Shown piece after piece: positions 29,701 through 37,221 of a stretch of 64,000 nt of DNA. Every line of letters starts with the position of its first letter. Position 1 is the first letter of the stretch. Origin of the DNA: Thermoleophilia bacterium. Its GTDB lineage: Bacteria; Actinomycetota; Thermoleophilia; Gaiellales; Gaiellaceae. Below the pieces are notes generated by a model that was given only the letters and a program-made list of their open reading frames with translations, did no database searches and was not told where the DNA came from. Location of the stretch: positions 330 through 64,329 of the forward strand of contig JBAXFL010000010.1 in the NCBI GenBank assembly GCA_037139935.1. Direction: 5' to 3'. A program made the translations under genes and the position numbers.

Positions 29701-30837
29701 CGACACCAGGCAGTCCCACCCGCGAGTACCGCCGTTTGTGCACTCGTAGGACGACGGATACGTCGCAGAGGCATCGTTGTTGGTGGTGTTGTTTCCGGCA
29801 GATGCGATGAACAGTATTCCGGCGTCGCCGCCGCGGTTGATTGCATCGAGCATCGCCTGGCTGAAGCCACCGCCACCCCACGAGTTATTGGTGGCCACGA
29901 TGTTCACGCCGTGGTTGACCTTCATGTCCACGAGATAGTCCAGAGCCTTGACTGCGTTCGAGATAGCACCCGTCCCGCCCGCGCCCAGGAACTTGGCGGA
30001 GATCATCGAGGACTTCCAGTTCACGCCCGCCACCCCCATGCTATTTCCTCCGCTGCCACCGATCGTCCCCGCCACGTGTGTTCCGTGACTATCCACGTTA
30101 TCGGCGCCGGTACCGTCGAAGGTGGAGCTGTCGCTGTTGGCGAAATCCCAGCCGTGGATGTCGTCGATGAAGCCGTTGCGGTCGTCGTCTATCCCGTTAG
30201 CGGCGATCTCTCCCGGGTTCGTCCAGATGTTGGCTGTGAGATCCGGGTGGCTGTCCTGGATTCCCTCGTCAATGATGCCGACAAAGACATTGCGCGAACC
30301 CGTGTACCCCTGGGCCCAGGCCTCGGCTGCGCCGCTGCCGAACTGATTTGTCTGGAGCGGCGAGGTGTCGCCGTACATGCCCCACAGCGATCCGGTCACG
30401 TACAACGGGTCGTTCGAGGTCGCGGTGCGATGCACGATGTAGTCGGGCTCGGCATAGCGCACGTTGGGATCTTCCTTGAGGACGGCAATCGCGTCCTTGA
30501 GCGAGGCCGTTGCGTCCAACTGCACGCGTTCCGCGTTGGTGGCGCGGTGCGAGAGCGTGCCGCTGGAGATCGCGCCGACCCGGCGCCGTGCCGCACTCCG
30601 CTCGGTGGCGGTCGTGCCGTCCTCGTAGCCGACGAGGAGGACGCCGGCACGATGCGGCTGTTTGAGGTCGGGCTCGTGCGCAGTGGCTCTCGACGGAGAA
30701 GGAGTCCCATTCATTCTGCCCGTCCCGGATGTCCCGGATGTCCCGGCCGCGACCGCAACTGCCGGCAAAATCAGGGCGAGGACGAGCAGCCAGCCAGCGG
30801 AAAGGCCTCGTAATGAAAAGTTTCTGGCAGACAGCAT
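26773..30837 (-). CDS. secreted multidomain S8 (subtilisin-family) serine peptidase, 1354 aa
   Basis: It has a signal peptide and an I9-like propeptide. The catalytic triad motifs are 'GIIDEG', 'HGTHVAGTIGG' and 'GTSMAAPHVTGA'. These are followed by an FN3-like domain and a NIDO-like domain ('VSSNGFLRLG...FWDDL'). Next come two 'GGQTPYAW' putative-Ig repeats and two identical 85-aa repeats. The tail is Thr/Gly-rich. Confidence 0.9.
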   Translation of the reverse strand: MLSARNFSLRGLSAGWLLVLALILPAVAVAAGTSGTSGTGRMNGTPSPSRATAHEPDLKQPHRAGVLLVGYEDGTTATERSAARRRVGAISSGTLSHRATNAERVQLDATASLKDAIAVLKEDPNVRYAEPDYIVHRTATSNDPLYVTGSLWGMYGDTSPLQTNQFGSGAAEAWAQGYTGSRNVFVGIIDEGIQDSHPDLTANIWTNPGEIAANGIDDDRNGFIDDIHGWDFANSDSSTFDGTGADNVDSHGTHVAGTIGGSGGNSMGVAGVNWKSSMISAKFLGAGGTGAISNAVKALDYLVDMKVNHGVNIVATNNSWGGGGFSQAMLDAINRGGDAGILFIASAGNNTTNNDASATYPSSYECTNGGTRGWDCLVSVAAIDSTGALASFSNYGATTVDLGAPGVAVVSTFPLNSYVSLSGTSMAAPHVTGAVALCASINPSLTAMQLRTAVISSAQATSSLTGKTTTGGRLDVGAMTAGCQPATAPVTGGATAFTTSAAPSSSISLSWTDEAQNEQLWEIQQSPAGCGSFTTITSVPVGTTTALATGLRPSTSYCFRVRATNGYSGGTESTWSSVSSATTLPPYTCVASPYKWLDATTDGKSLTLSDDASASVALPFPFSYDGASVSEVQVSSNGFLRLGKGLATEFVNVGIPAATQPNGFVAAFWDDLSPQLGGSIYYTTVGTAPNRQFVVAWVGVPRYSVSGSAVTFEIVLDEASGAITIQYLDTLVGSATYDNGASATAGVENTNGSEGTQISYNTAKLQSLTAYSCTASMTTAPLISTISLPDGTVTSAYASTLAATGGQTPYAWTIVAGALPAGLTLNPSSGIVGGTPTAAATSTFTAQVAGADGAISTRSMTIRVALPLTVSTTSLASGSVATAYSATLAATGGQTPYAWSISTGSLPPGLALAASTGTITGTPSTAGSWTFTVLATDGGSPVRTATGSLTITVNGAKAAVTVTASTPASIVAGATYPAVTFTTNPTPVTWTTAPTCAVYATAVSTVKLTGVSTAGSYVTRCEGGVSATYTPTYVNGTLTVSKAAVTVTASTPASIVAGATYPAVTFTTNPTPVTWTTAPTCAVYATAVSTVKLTGVSTAGSYVTRCEGGVSATYTPTYVNGTLTVNAPTVPVVVYTGSFLIAPGGAITSSATSTPTTCTGALTYTIDRNPLTGVVGAYALPTTSTTSWLRGVYTVTVTKAASATCAAVSVSTSTLTVQPTATTPTATGARAYGGGQYTVVGARRVSAGFQISGSTPTGQFRFIQTDTWQFVGTLTTYSRTGTTGTATGTGTLSYWNTTTKAWVSVGTTIPVSIVFTSGTSGTLATTFTYTPTVGQPALPTTTAQGLGTQITANA
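27466..27970. repeat. perfect tandem duplication: 250 bp x2, period 255 bp, in frame
   Basis: 27466-27715 is identical base for base to 27721-27970. Only the 5-nt junction differs. The duplication encodes two identical repeats, 'AAVTVTASTPASIVAGATYPAVTFTTNPTPVTWTTAPTCAVYATAVSTVKLTGVSTAGSYVTRCEGGVSATYTPTYVNGTLTV'. Confidence 0.97.
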
Positions 30838-31026
30838 GGTTCGAAAAGCTCCTGCCTCTTACCGTAGTGAGAACGCGCTGGAAAACAAGGAGACCGACTC
30901 TCGACCGCTCGGGTGGGCTTCATGTCTCATCTGCGGACTCCTGTATGGCGTGTCGATCGATCCCCGAGTACCCCATAGCTTACCTGTTGCACGCCATTTT
31001 GTCGGGAAAACGGCCGGGATCCAGGC

Positions 31027-32136
31027 TTAGATGGGCGCACTCTCGAGTGCCTCTGGCGGCAGAAGCCGCCGCGTCTCCCAGCGTCGTGCGGCGAATGCGG
31101 TGTACGAGATCACGACCGCGAGGGCAAAGACGATGGCGTTGCCTCCCGGGAGCCGTGTGATCAGCTCCATCACGCCGCCGACGAGGGCGGCCATCGGGAG
31201 CGTGAAGATCCAGGCGGTGACGATATTCCCAGCGACACCCCAGCGGACAGCGTGCAGGCCGCGGCTTGAAGCAGCGCCCATCACCGAGCCCGAGATCACC
31301 TGCGTCGTCGAGACCGGGAACCCGAAGTGTGCGGTCGTCCACAGCATCGAGGCACAGGCGGTCTGGGCTGAAAAACCCTGCGGTGGGTCGATCTTTGCGA
31401 TGCGCGTGCCCAGGGTGCGGATGATCCGCCACCCGCCCGCATACGTGCCCACGGCCATCGTGAGCGCTGCGCTGAAGATGACCCAGGTCGGGGGTCTCGT
31501 GAAGTCGTCGCCGAGGTGCCCCGAGGCGACGAGCGCGAGCGCGATGATCCCCATCGTCTTCTGGGCGTCGTTTGTGCCGTGCGTGAGAGCGACGAATCCT
31601 CCGGAGATGAGCTGACCCTTCCGGAAGATGCGGTTGACCTTCGCAGGCGCGCGCCGCTTGATGATCCAGACGATCAGTGTCATCAGCGCAAAGGCCAGCA
31701 CGAGGGCGGCAAACGGGGCGATCAGGGAGGGCTTCAGCACCTTCTGCCAGAGGCCCGCCCACTCGATGACACCGAACCCCTGGGCCACGATCGCAGAGCC
31801 CATCAGTCCTCCGATCAGAGCGTGACTCGAACTCGACGGCAACCCGAGAAACCACGTGATCAGGTTCCAGGTGATCGCTCCGACGAGTCCTGCGAGCAGG
31901 ATGCTGAGTGTCACCGCATTCGGGTCTACGATGCCCTTGGCGACCGTGGCGGCCACCTTGAAGGAGATGAATGCGCCGGCGAAGTTGAGGACGGCTGCCA
32001 TCGCGACAGCGTTTCGGGGCGATATCGCATGGGTCGAGACGCTCGTTGCGATCGAGTTGGCCGTGTCGTGAAAGCCGTTCGTGAAGTCGAAGAAGAGCGC
32101 CACCACGATGACGGCGACGAGGGTCACGGTCACCAT
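31027..32136 (-). CDS. pit: inorganic phosphate transporter, PiT (PHO4) family
   Basis: 'FFDFTNGFHDTANSIATSV' and a second 'HGTNDAQKTMGII' half-repeat are diagnostic of PiT. Confidence 0.9.
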   Translation of the reverse strand: MVTVTLVAVIVVALFFDFTNGFHDTANSIATSVSTHAISPRNAVAMAAVLNFAGAFISFKVAATVAKGIVDPNAVTLSILLAGLVGAITWNLITWFLGLPSSSSHALIGGLMGSAIVAQGFGVIEWAGLWQKVLKPSLIAPFAALVLAFALMTLIVWIIKRRAPAKVNRIFRKGQLISGGFVALTHGTNDAQKTMGIIALALVASGHLGDDFTRPPTWVIFSAALTMAVGTYAGGWRIIRTLGTRIAKIDPPQGFSAQTACASMLWTTAHFGFPVSTTQVISGSVMGAASSRGLHAVRWGVAGNIVTAWIFTLPMAALVGGVMELITRLPGGNAIVFALAVVISYTAFAARRWETRRLLPPEALESAPI

Positions 32137-32142
32137 GCGGCC

Positions 32143-32646
32143 CTAGGCGTTCTTGACCACGATGTTCGCGATCACGTTCGCTGCCGTCTCGCACGCATCG
32201 AGCGCACGCTCGAGAGCCTCGTAGATGTCCTTCCAGCGGATCACGATCAACGGATCGATGCGGTCGTCACGGAACAGCGATGCGAGCGCGTCACGAAGGA
32301 TGCGATCGCCCTGATCCTCGAGCGACTTGAGCTCGACGAGAGCGGCCTGCACCCCCTTCATCCCCTTGAGGTTGGTGCAAGCTATCGAAAGCTGCTCTAC
32401 GGCCTTGACGATGATCGCGCACTGCTCGACGGCGTGGCGGGTTGGCATCTCGACCCCGTAGAGGCCGAGCAGGTCGGACGCCTCTTCGAGGTAGTCCACT
32501 ACGTCGTCGATCTCCGTCGCAAGCTGGTAGATGTCCTCACGGTCAAACGGCGTCAGGTACTGGGTGTTGAGCAGCACGATCAGATCACGGGTGATCGCGT
32601 CGCCCGCGTTCTCGGTCGCCTTGACCTGCTCCTGGGTGATGAGCAC
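32143..32646 (-). CDS. DUF47 (PhoU-like, Pit-accessory) protein, N-terminally short
   Basis: 'LTPFDREDIYQLATEIDDVVD...IRWKDIYEALERALDACETAANVIANIVVKNA' matches DUF47. Only 167 aa are present, compared with the roughly 205 aa I remember as usual. The start is a GTG and no in-frame start lies further upstream. Confidence 0.8.
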   Translation of the reverse strand: MLITQEQVKATENAGDAITRDLIVLLNTQYLTPFDREDIYQLATEIDDVVDYLEEASDLLGLYGVEMPTRHAVEQCAIIVKAVEQLSIACTNLKGMKGVQAALVELKSLEDQGDRILRDALASLFRDDRIDPLIVIRWKDIYEALERALDACETAANVIANIVVKNA

Positions 32647-32654
32647 GACTACGC

Positions 32655-34076
32655 TTGGCCGAGATGAGGGAGACGCTCGAGCGCGAGATCAAACTTGACC
32701 CGGGGGAGGGCTTTGTCCTACCCGGGTTCGGAGGCGAGCGGCTCCCGACCCGTGTGTTCGTCTCGACCTATTACGACACCCCGGATCTGCGTCTCGCGCG
32801 CCACGGTGTCACGCTCCGTCGTCGTGTAGAGGATGGAGCTGGACTCTGGCAGTTGAAGCTTCCCCGCGGTTCGGCCCGGCTCGAGCTCGAGGTACCGGGT
32901 CAGGCCACACGGCCGCCGGCCGAGCTGGTCGGGCTCTTGCCCTGCTACCTCCGGGGGAGCAAGCTTGCGTCCGCCGTCCGGCTCCGGACGCGCCGAGAGA
33001 CAGTCCGCGCCCACGGCGCCGAGATCGTCGATGACAGCGTTTCCGTCCTGGTGGGCCAGCGCATCGTGCGGCGGTTCAGGGAGATCGAGATCGAGCTCGT
33101 GGAGGGCGACGAGGAGGACATGAAGCGACTGGTCAAGGAGCTGCGTCGCAGCGGTGCAACCGAGCAGGGGCCGCTGCGGCCCAAGCTTCATCGGGCGCTC
33201 GATATTGCAGCGGCGAGCGCCCCCCCGGCGCCGGCGAAGGGAACTCCTTCCGGCGTCTCCCTCGCTGTCGCTCTTGGCAACGAGTACCGGACGCTTCTCT
33301 CGCATGATCCCGGAACCCGCCGCAGTGCTGACCCCGAAGACCTGCATCAGCTCCGGGTTGAGACCCGCCGCATCCGTGCATTCCTGCGTGCGGCAGGCGT
33401 ACTCGTGGAGAAGGAATGGGCCATGTCGCTCCGTGAGGAGCTCGGGTGGTTGGGTCGGCAGCTCGGCCCGGCGCGGGACATCGACGTCATGCTCGACCGG
33501 CTCCGTCATGAAGTTGCCGCACTCGACGAGGATGCCGGGCAGGCGACCGGGCTCCTCGCGGCTCTCGAGGAGGAGCGCGAGGCGGCCTACCGGCATGTCA
33601 CCGAGATGCTCGACAGCCCCCGCTATTTTGCCCTTCTCGATCGTCTCGAGGAAGCCGCGGAGCCTCCACTCAGTGGCGACCAGACTACACTGGAGGCTGT
33701 CTTCAGGAGAGCGGTCAAACGGATGCGCCGCGCGTTCCTCGCACTGGGCGATGACCCCTCAGACAATGCCCTACACGCCTCGCGCATTGCCGTGAAGCGC
33801 GCCCGCTATGCAGCCGACCTCGCCGCGCATGAACTCGGAAACGCCGGTGAACGCTTCGTGATCGTTGTGAAGGAGCTTCAGGACATCCTGGGCGACCACC
33901 AGGACGCGGTCTTTGCAGAGGCCCGGATCCGATCCTGGCTCGCCGCCGGCCCTGCGGGTGCTTTCGCGGCCGGGAGGCTCGTGCAACGCGAGCGCGACCG
34001 GAAGGCTGCTGCCCGCGCGGCCTGGCCGGACACGTGGCAGCGGCTGGACAGAGCGGCGCGGAGGGCAGTCGGCTGA
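32655..34076 (+). CDS. CYTH + CHAD domain protein (polyphosphate-associated)
   Basis: The CYTH N-terminus is 'LEREIKL....YYDTPDLRLARHGVTLRRR...WQLKLP'. The CHAD region is 'LHQLRVETRRIRAFLR...HASRIAVKRARYAAD'. The start is TTG 32655 or ATG 32664. Confidence 0.8.
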   Translation: MAEMRETLEREIKLDPGEGFVLPGFGGERLPTRVFVSTYYDTPDLRLARHGVTLRRRVEDGAGLWQLKLPRGSARLELEVPGQATRPPAELVGLLPCYLRGSKLASAVRLRTRRETVRAHGAEIVDDSVSVLVGQRIVRRFREIEIELVEGDEEDMKRLVKELRRSGATEQGPLRPKLHRALDIAAASAPPAPAKGTPSGVSLAVALGNEYRTLLSHDPGTRRSADPEDLHQLRVETRRIRAFLRAAGVLVEKEWAMSLREELGWLGRQLGPARDIDVMLDRLRHEVAALDEDAGQATGLLAALEEEREAAYRHVTEMLDSPRYFALLDRLEEAAEPPLSGDQTTLEAVFRRAVKRMRRAFLALGDDPSDNALHASRIAVKRARYAADLAAHELGNAGERFVIVVKELQDILGDHQDAVFAEARIRSWLAAGPAGAFAAGRLVQRERDRKAAARAAWPDTWQRLDRAARRAVG

Positions 34077-34084
34077 TACGGGTC

Positions 34085-34462
34085 GTGCGTGCTGCAGGTG
34101 GGGTCATCGTTCGCGGCAGCGGTGCCGCCACGGAGGTACTTCTCGTCCATCGACCGGCCTACGACGACTGGACGTTTCCCAAGGGCAAGGTCGAGCGGGG
34201 GGAGAGCGACGAGGAGTGCGCCGTGCGTGAGGTAGAGGAAGAGACCGGGCTGCGTTGTTCGCGCGTGCGCGAGCTTCAGCCGACGTCTTATCCCGACGCG
34301 AAGCAGCGCCGCAAGACCGTGCGCTACTGGGTGATGGAGGTCGTGGCGGGAACGTTGCGCTTCGAGTTCGAGGTTGACGCGGCGCGGTGGGTGACGTTGG
34401 GCGAGGCGGAAGCGCTGCTGACGTACTCGCGGGACGTTGACCTGCTCGCAGAACTGGGCTGA
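34085..34462 (+). CDS. NUDIX hydrolase
   Basis: Nudix box 'GKVERGESDEECAVREVEEETGL'. A GTG at 34085 avoids a 43-nt overlap with the CHAD gene, but the track start at 34034 is possible. Confidence 0.82.
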   Translation: MRAAGGVIVRGSGAATEVLLVHRPAYDDWTFPKGKVERGESDEECAVREVEEETGLRCSRVRELQPTSYPDAKQRRKTVRYWVMEVVAGTLRFEFEVDAARWVTLGEAEALLTYSRDVDLLAELG

Positions 34463-34531
34463 CACCTCGCGCAGGCCACCGCTCCCCTGGATCGGGCACC
34501 GATCGCCGTTCAGGCGGTAGCCTGCGTCGCC

Positions 34532-36205
34532 ATGAGCGGCGACTACGTCTACACGATGTACCGGGTCGACAAGTTCTACGGCTCCGACCGTCAGGTGCTT
34601 GCGAACATCTCCCTCTCGTTCCTGCCGGGGGCGAAGATTGGCGTGCTCGGGCCGAACGGCGCCGGCAAGTCAACGCTGATGCGGATCATGGCCGGGCTCG
34701 AGGAGCCGTCGTCCGGCATCGCCGAGCTGCATCCGGGGGCGACGGTCGGGTTTCTCCAGCAGGAGCCGGAGCTCGACCCGACGAAGGATGTGCGTGGCAA
34801 CGTCGAGGACGGCGTGCGCGAGTTGCGTGACTTGCTGGATCGCTTCAACGCCGTCTCCACCGCCTTTGCCGAGCCCGACGCCGACTTCGACGCGCTTCTA
34901 GCAGAGCAGTCGAAGGTGCAGGAGCAGATCGACCGCCACGACGCCTGGGGCCTCGACGCCGCGCTCGATCGTGCTATGGACGCGCTGCGACTCCCCGAGG
35001 GCGACCGGGACGTCACGACGCTGTCGGGAGGTGAGCGACGCCGGGTTGCGCTGTGCCGACTCCTCCTTGCCTCGCCGGATCTCCTGCTTCTCGACGAGCC
35101 CACGAACCACCTCGATGCCGAGTCGGTCGCCTGGCTCGAACGGTTCCTCGAGGACTACAAGGGCACCGTCATGGCCGTGACCCACGACCGCTACTTCCTC
35201 GACAACGTCGCAGGGTGGATTCTCGAGCTTGACCGCGGCAAGGGGCTCCCGTTCGAGGGGAACTACTCCTCGTGGCTCGAGCAGAAGCAGGCACGCCTCG
35301 CCGTCGAGGAGAAGACGGAGTCGGCCCGCCGCCGCACCCTTGCCCGCGAGCTCGAGTGGGTGCAGATGAGCCCCCGCGCCCGGCACGCCAAGTCGAAGGC
35401 GCGCATCACCTCGTATGAGAAGCTGCTCGCCGACGACGAGAACTTCAAGGTCGAGGGCGTCGAGATCCATATTCCTGCGGGGCCACGTCTCGGCGACCTT
35501 GTCGTTGACGCCGAGCACGTGGTCAAGGGCTTCGGCGACAGGCTGCTCGTGGAAGACCTCACCTTCTCGCTGCCACCCGGTGGCATCGTCGGGGTGATCG
35601 GGCCAAACGGCGCGGGCAAGACGACGCTCTTCAAGATGATCGCCGGTGAGGAGCAGCCGGACGCCGGTTCCCTGCGGGTCGGCGATACGGTTCAGCTCGC
35701 CTATGTCGACCAGTCACGCGGCGGCCTCAATCCCCAGAACACGGTCTGGAAGGAGATCTCCGAGAATCAGGACATCGTGTTGCTCGGCAAGCGAGAGGTG
35801 AACTCGCGGCAGTACACCTCGTGGTTCAACTTCCGGGGCGGCGACCAGCAGAAGCTCGTCAAGGATCTCTCGGGCGGCGAGCGCAACCGCGTGCATCTCG
35901 CGAAGCTCCTCAAGTCGGGCGGCAACGTGCTGCTCCTCGACGAGCCGACGAACGATCTCGACGTGGACACGCTGCGGGCGCTCGAGGATGCGCTAATCGA
36001 CTTCGCCGGTTGCGCCGTCGTGATAACCCACGATCGCTGGTTCCTCGACCGCATCGCAACGCACATCCTTGCCTTCGAAGGCGACTCGCAGGCGACATGG
36101 TTCGAGGGCACCTGGGGCGAGTACGTCGCCTGGGTCACCGAGACCCGGGGCGCCGAGGCACTCGAGCCGCACCGCATCGCGTACAAGCCTCTCGTTCGAC
36201 CGTAA
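34532..36205 (+). CDS. ettA: ABC-F translational throttle protein EttA
   Basis: Two ABC cassettes with the EttA-typical N-terminus '[45 protein letters not shown]'. Length 557 aa. Confidence 0.9.
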   Translation: MSGDYVYTMYRVDKFYGSDRQVLANISLSFLPGAKIGVLGPNGAGKSTLMRIMAGLEEPSSGIAELHPGATVGFLQQEPELDPTKDVRGNVEDGVRELRDLLDRFNAVSTAFAEPDADFDALLAEQSKVQEQIDRHDAWGLDAALDRAMDALRLPEGDRDVTTLSGGERRRVALCRLLLASPDLLLLDEPTNHLDAESVAWLERFLEDYKGTVMAVTHDRYFLDNVAGWILELDRGKGLPFEGNYSSWLEQKQARLAVEEKTESARRRTLARELEWVQMSPRARHAKSKARITSYEKLLADDENFKVEGVEIHIPAGPRLGDLVVDAEHVVKGFGDRLLVEDLTFSLPPGGIVGVIGPNGAGKTTLFKMIAGEEQPDAGSLRVGDTVQLAYVDQSRGGLNPQNTVWKEISENQDIVLLGKREVNSRQYTSWFNFRGGDQQKLVKDLSGGERNRVHLAKLLKSGGNVLLLDEPTNDLDVDTLRALEDALIDFAGCAVVITHDRWFLDRIATHILAFEGDSQATWFEGTWGEYVAWVTETRGAEALEPHRIAYKPLVRP

Positions 36206-36265
36206 TCGACCTTCCGGTCGTCTATCCGGGGCAACCGAGAGCTCGTGCCTCCGTTTGGTTCAGGC

Positions 36266-37165
36266 TCATGCGGCGCGGTTGGCCTCTTGCGCTACGAGCT
36301 CGAGTGCTGCGCCCTCTCGCAGCCCACCCCGCCCGATCTCGAGCGACATGCCGAGGGCACGACAGGTTTCGCCGAGCAGCAACGCCCCTGCAAGGAGCGT
36401 CTCTGCTCGCTCCACCGTGATCTTGAACGAGCCTGTTGCCCTGGCTGCGGGCCCGCGAGCAAGAAGCGTCACCGCGTCGTCGAGGGTGTCCACATCGAGT
36501 TGCGGGCCGATCATTTTTCCGAGGGCGCGCGCGCTACCTCCCACCGCGACCCCGAGACCTGCCCGTGGAGGGCTCACTTCCGAAAGCGCATCACGGACGG
36601 CATTGCGGGCGGCACCGATCTGCCGGGCTGTCGGAGGGTCGTCATGGAGATAGGCGCGCGTGAGGCGAAGCGAGCCGAGGTCAACGGAACGAACCCACGT
36701 AGCACCGAGTGCGGGTGTGCCGATGGCGATCTCCGTGGAGCCTCCGCCACTGTCCACGACCGCGACCACCCCTGGCAGCTTGCGGGTTGTCCGTGCGACC
36801 GCGACGGCACCGGCGTAGGCCAGCCGACCCTCGCTCTCGGCACTGAGAACTCGCACCGGCAGGCCGGTCGCCCTCGTTATTGCTTCGGTCAATGCAGCGG
36901 CAGAGGCTGCCTGCCGACCGGGTGCGGTGACGATCACCGTCGTGAGCTCGGATCCGAGGTCAACACACCGGCGCACGTATTTCTCGCAGATCAGTGCGCA
37001 CTGATCTATCTTCTCGGGCCCCACCGTACCGGTGAGCTCGATCTCGGAGCCGAGCCTGAGGTAGGCACGCTCGGTAGCCAGCGGAACGATCAGGCCGCGT
37101 GTGGTCACCGTCGCAACGAGGAGGCGAGCCGTGTTCGAGCCGATATCGATAACTGCGACACGCAT
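36266..37165 (-). CDS. ppx: Ppx/GppA-family exopolyphosphatase (short, ~300 aa)
   Basis: 'MRVAVIDIGSNTARLLV' ASKHA phosphate-1 motif and 'VVDSGGGSTE'. The gene lies downstream of ppk1. Confidence 0.85.
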   Translation of the reverse strand: MRVAVIDIGSNTARLLVATVTTRGLIVPLATERAYLRLGSEIELTGTVGPEKIDQCALICEKYVRRCVDLGSELTTVIVTAPGRQAASAAALTEAITRATGLPVRVLSAESEGRLAYAGAVAVARTTRKLPGVVAVVDSGGGSTEIAIGTPALGATWVRSVDLGSLRLTRAYLHDDPPTARQIGAARNAVRDALSEVSPPRAGLGVAVGGSARALGKMIGPQLDVDTLDDAVTLLARGPAARATGSFKITVERAETLLAGALLLGETCRALGMSLEIGRGGLREGAALELVAQEANRAA

Positions 37166-37221
37166 GCGACTCACCAATGATCGTAGCTTCGTCGGACAAC
37201 CCTACGGGGCGGCGATGACGT

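Noticed and set aside
30721-30745. GTCCCGGAT x2.3 short tandem repeat near the 5' end of the S8 gene (encodes GTSGTSGTG)
   Set aside because: There are only about two copies. This is too short to treat as a contingency repeat, and I noted it only for comparison with the x6.8 repeat at 50247.
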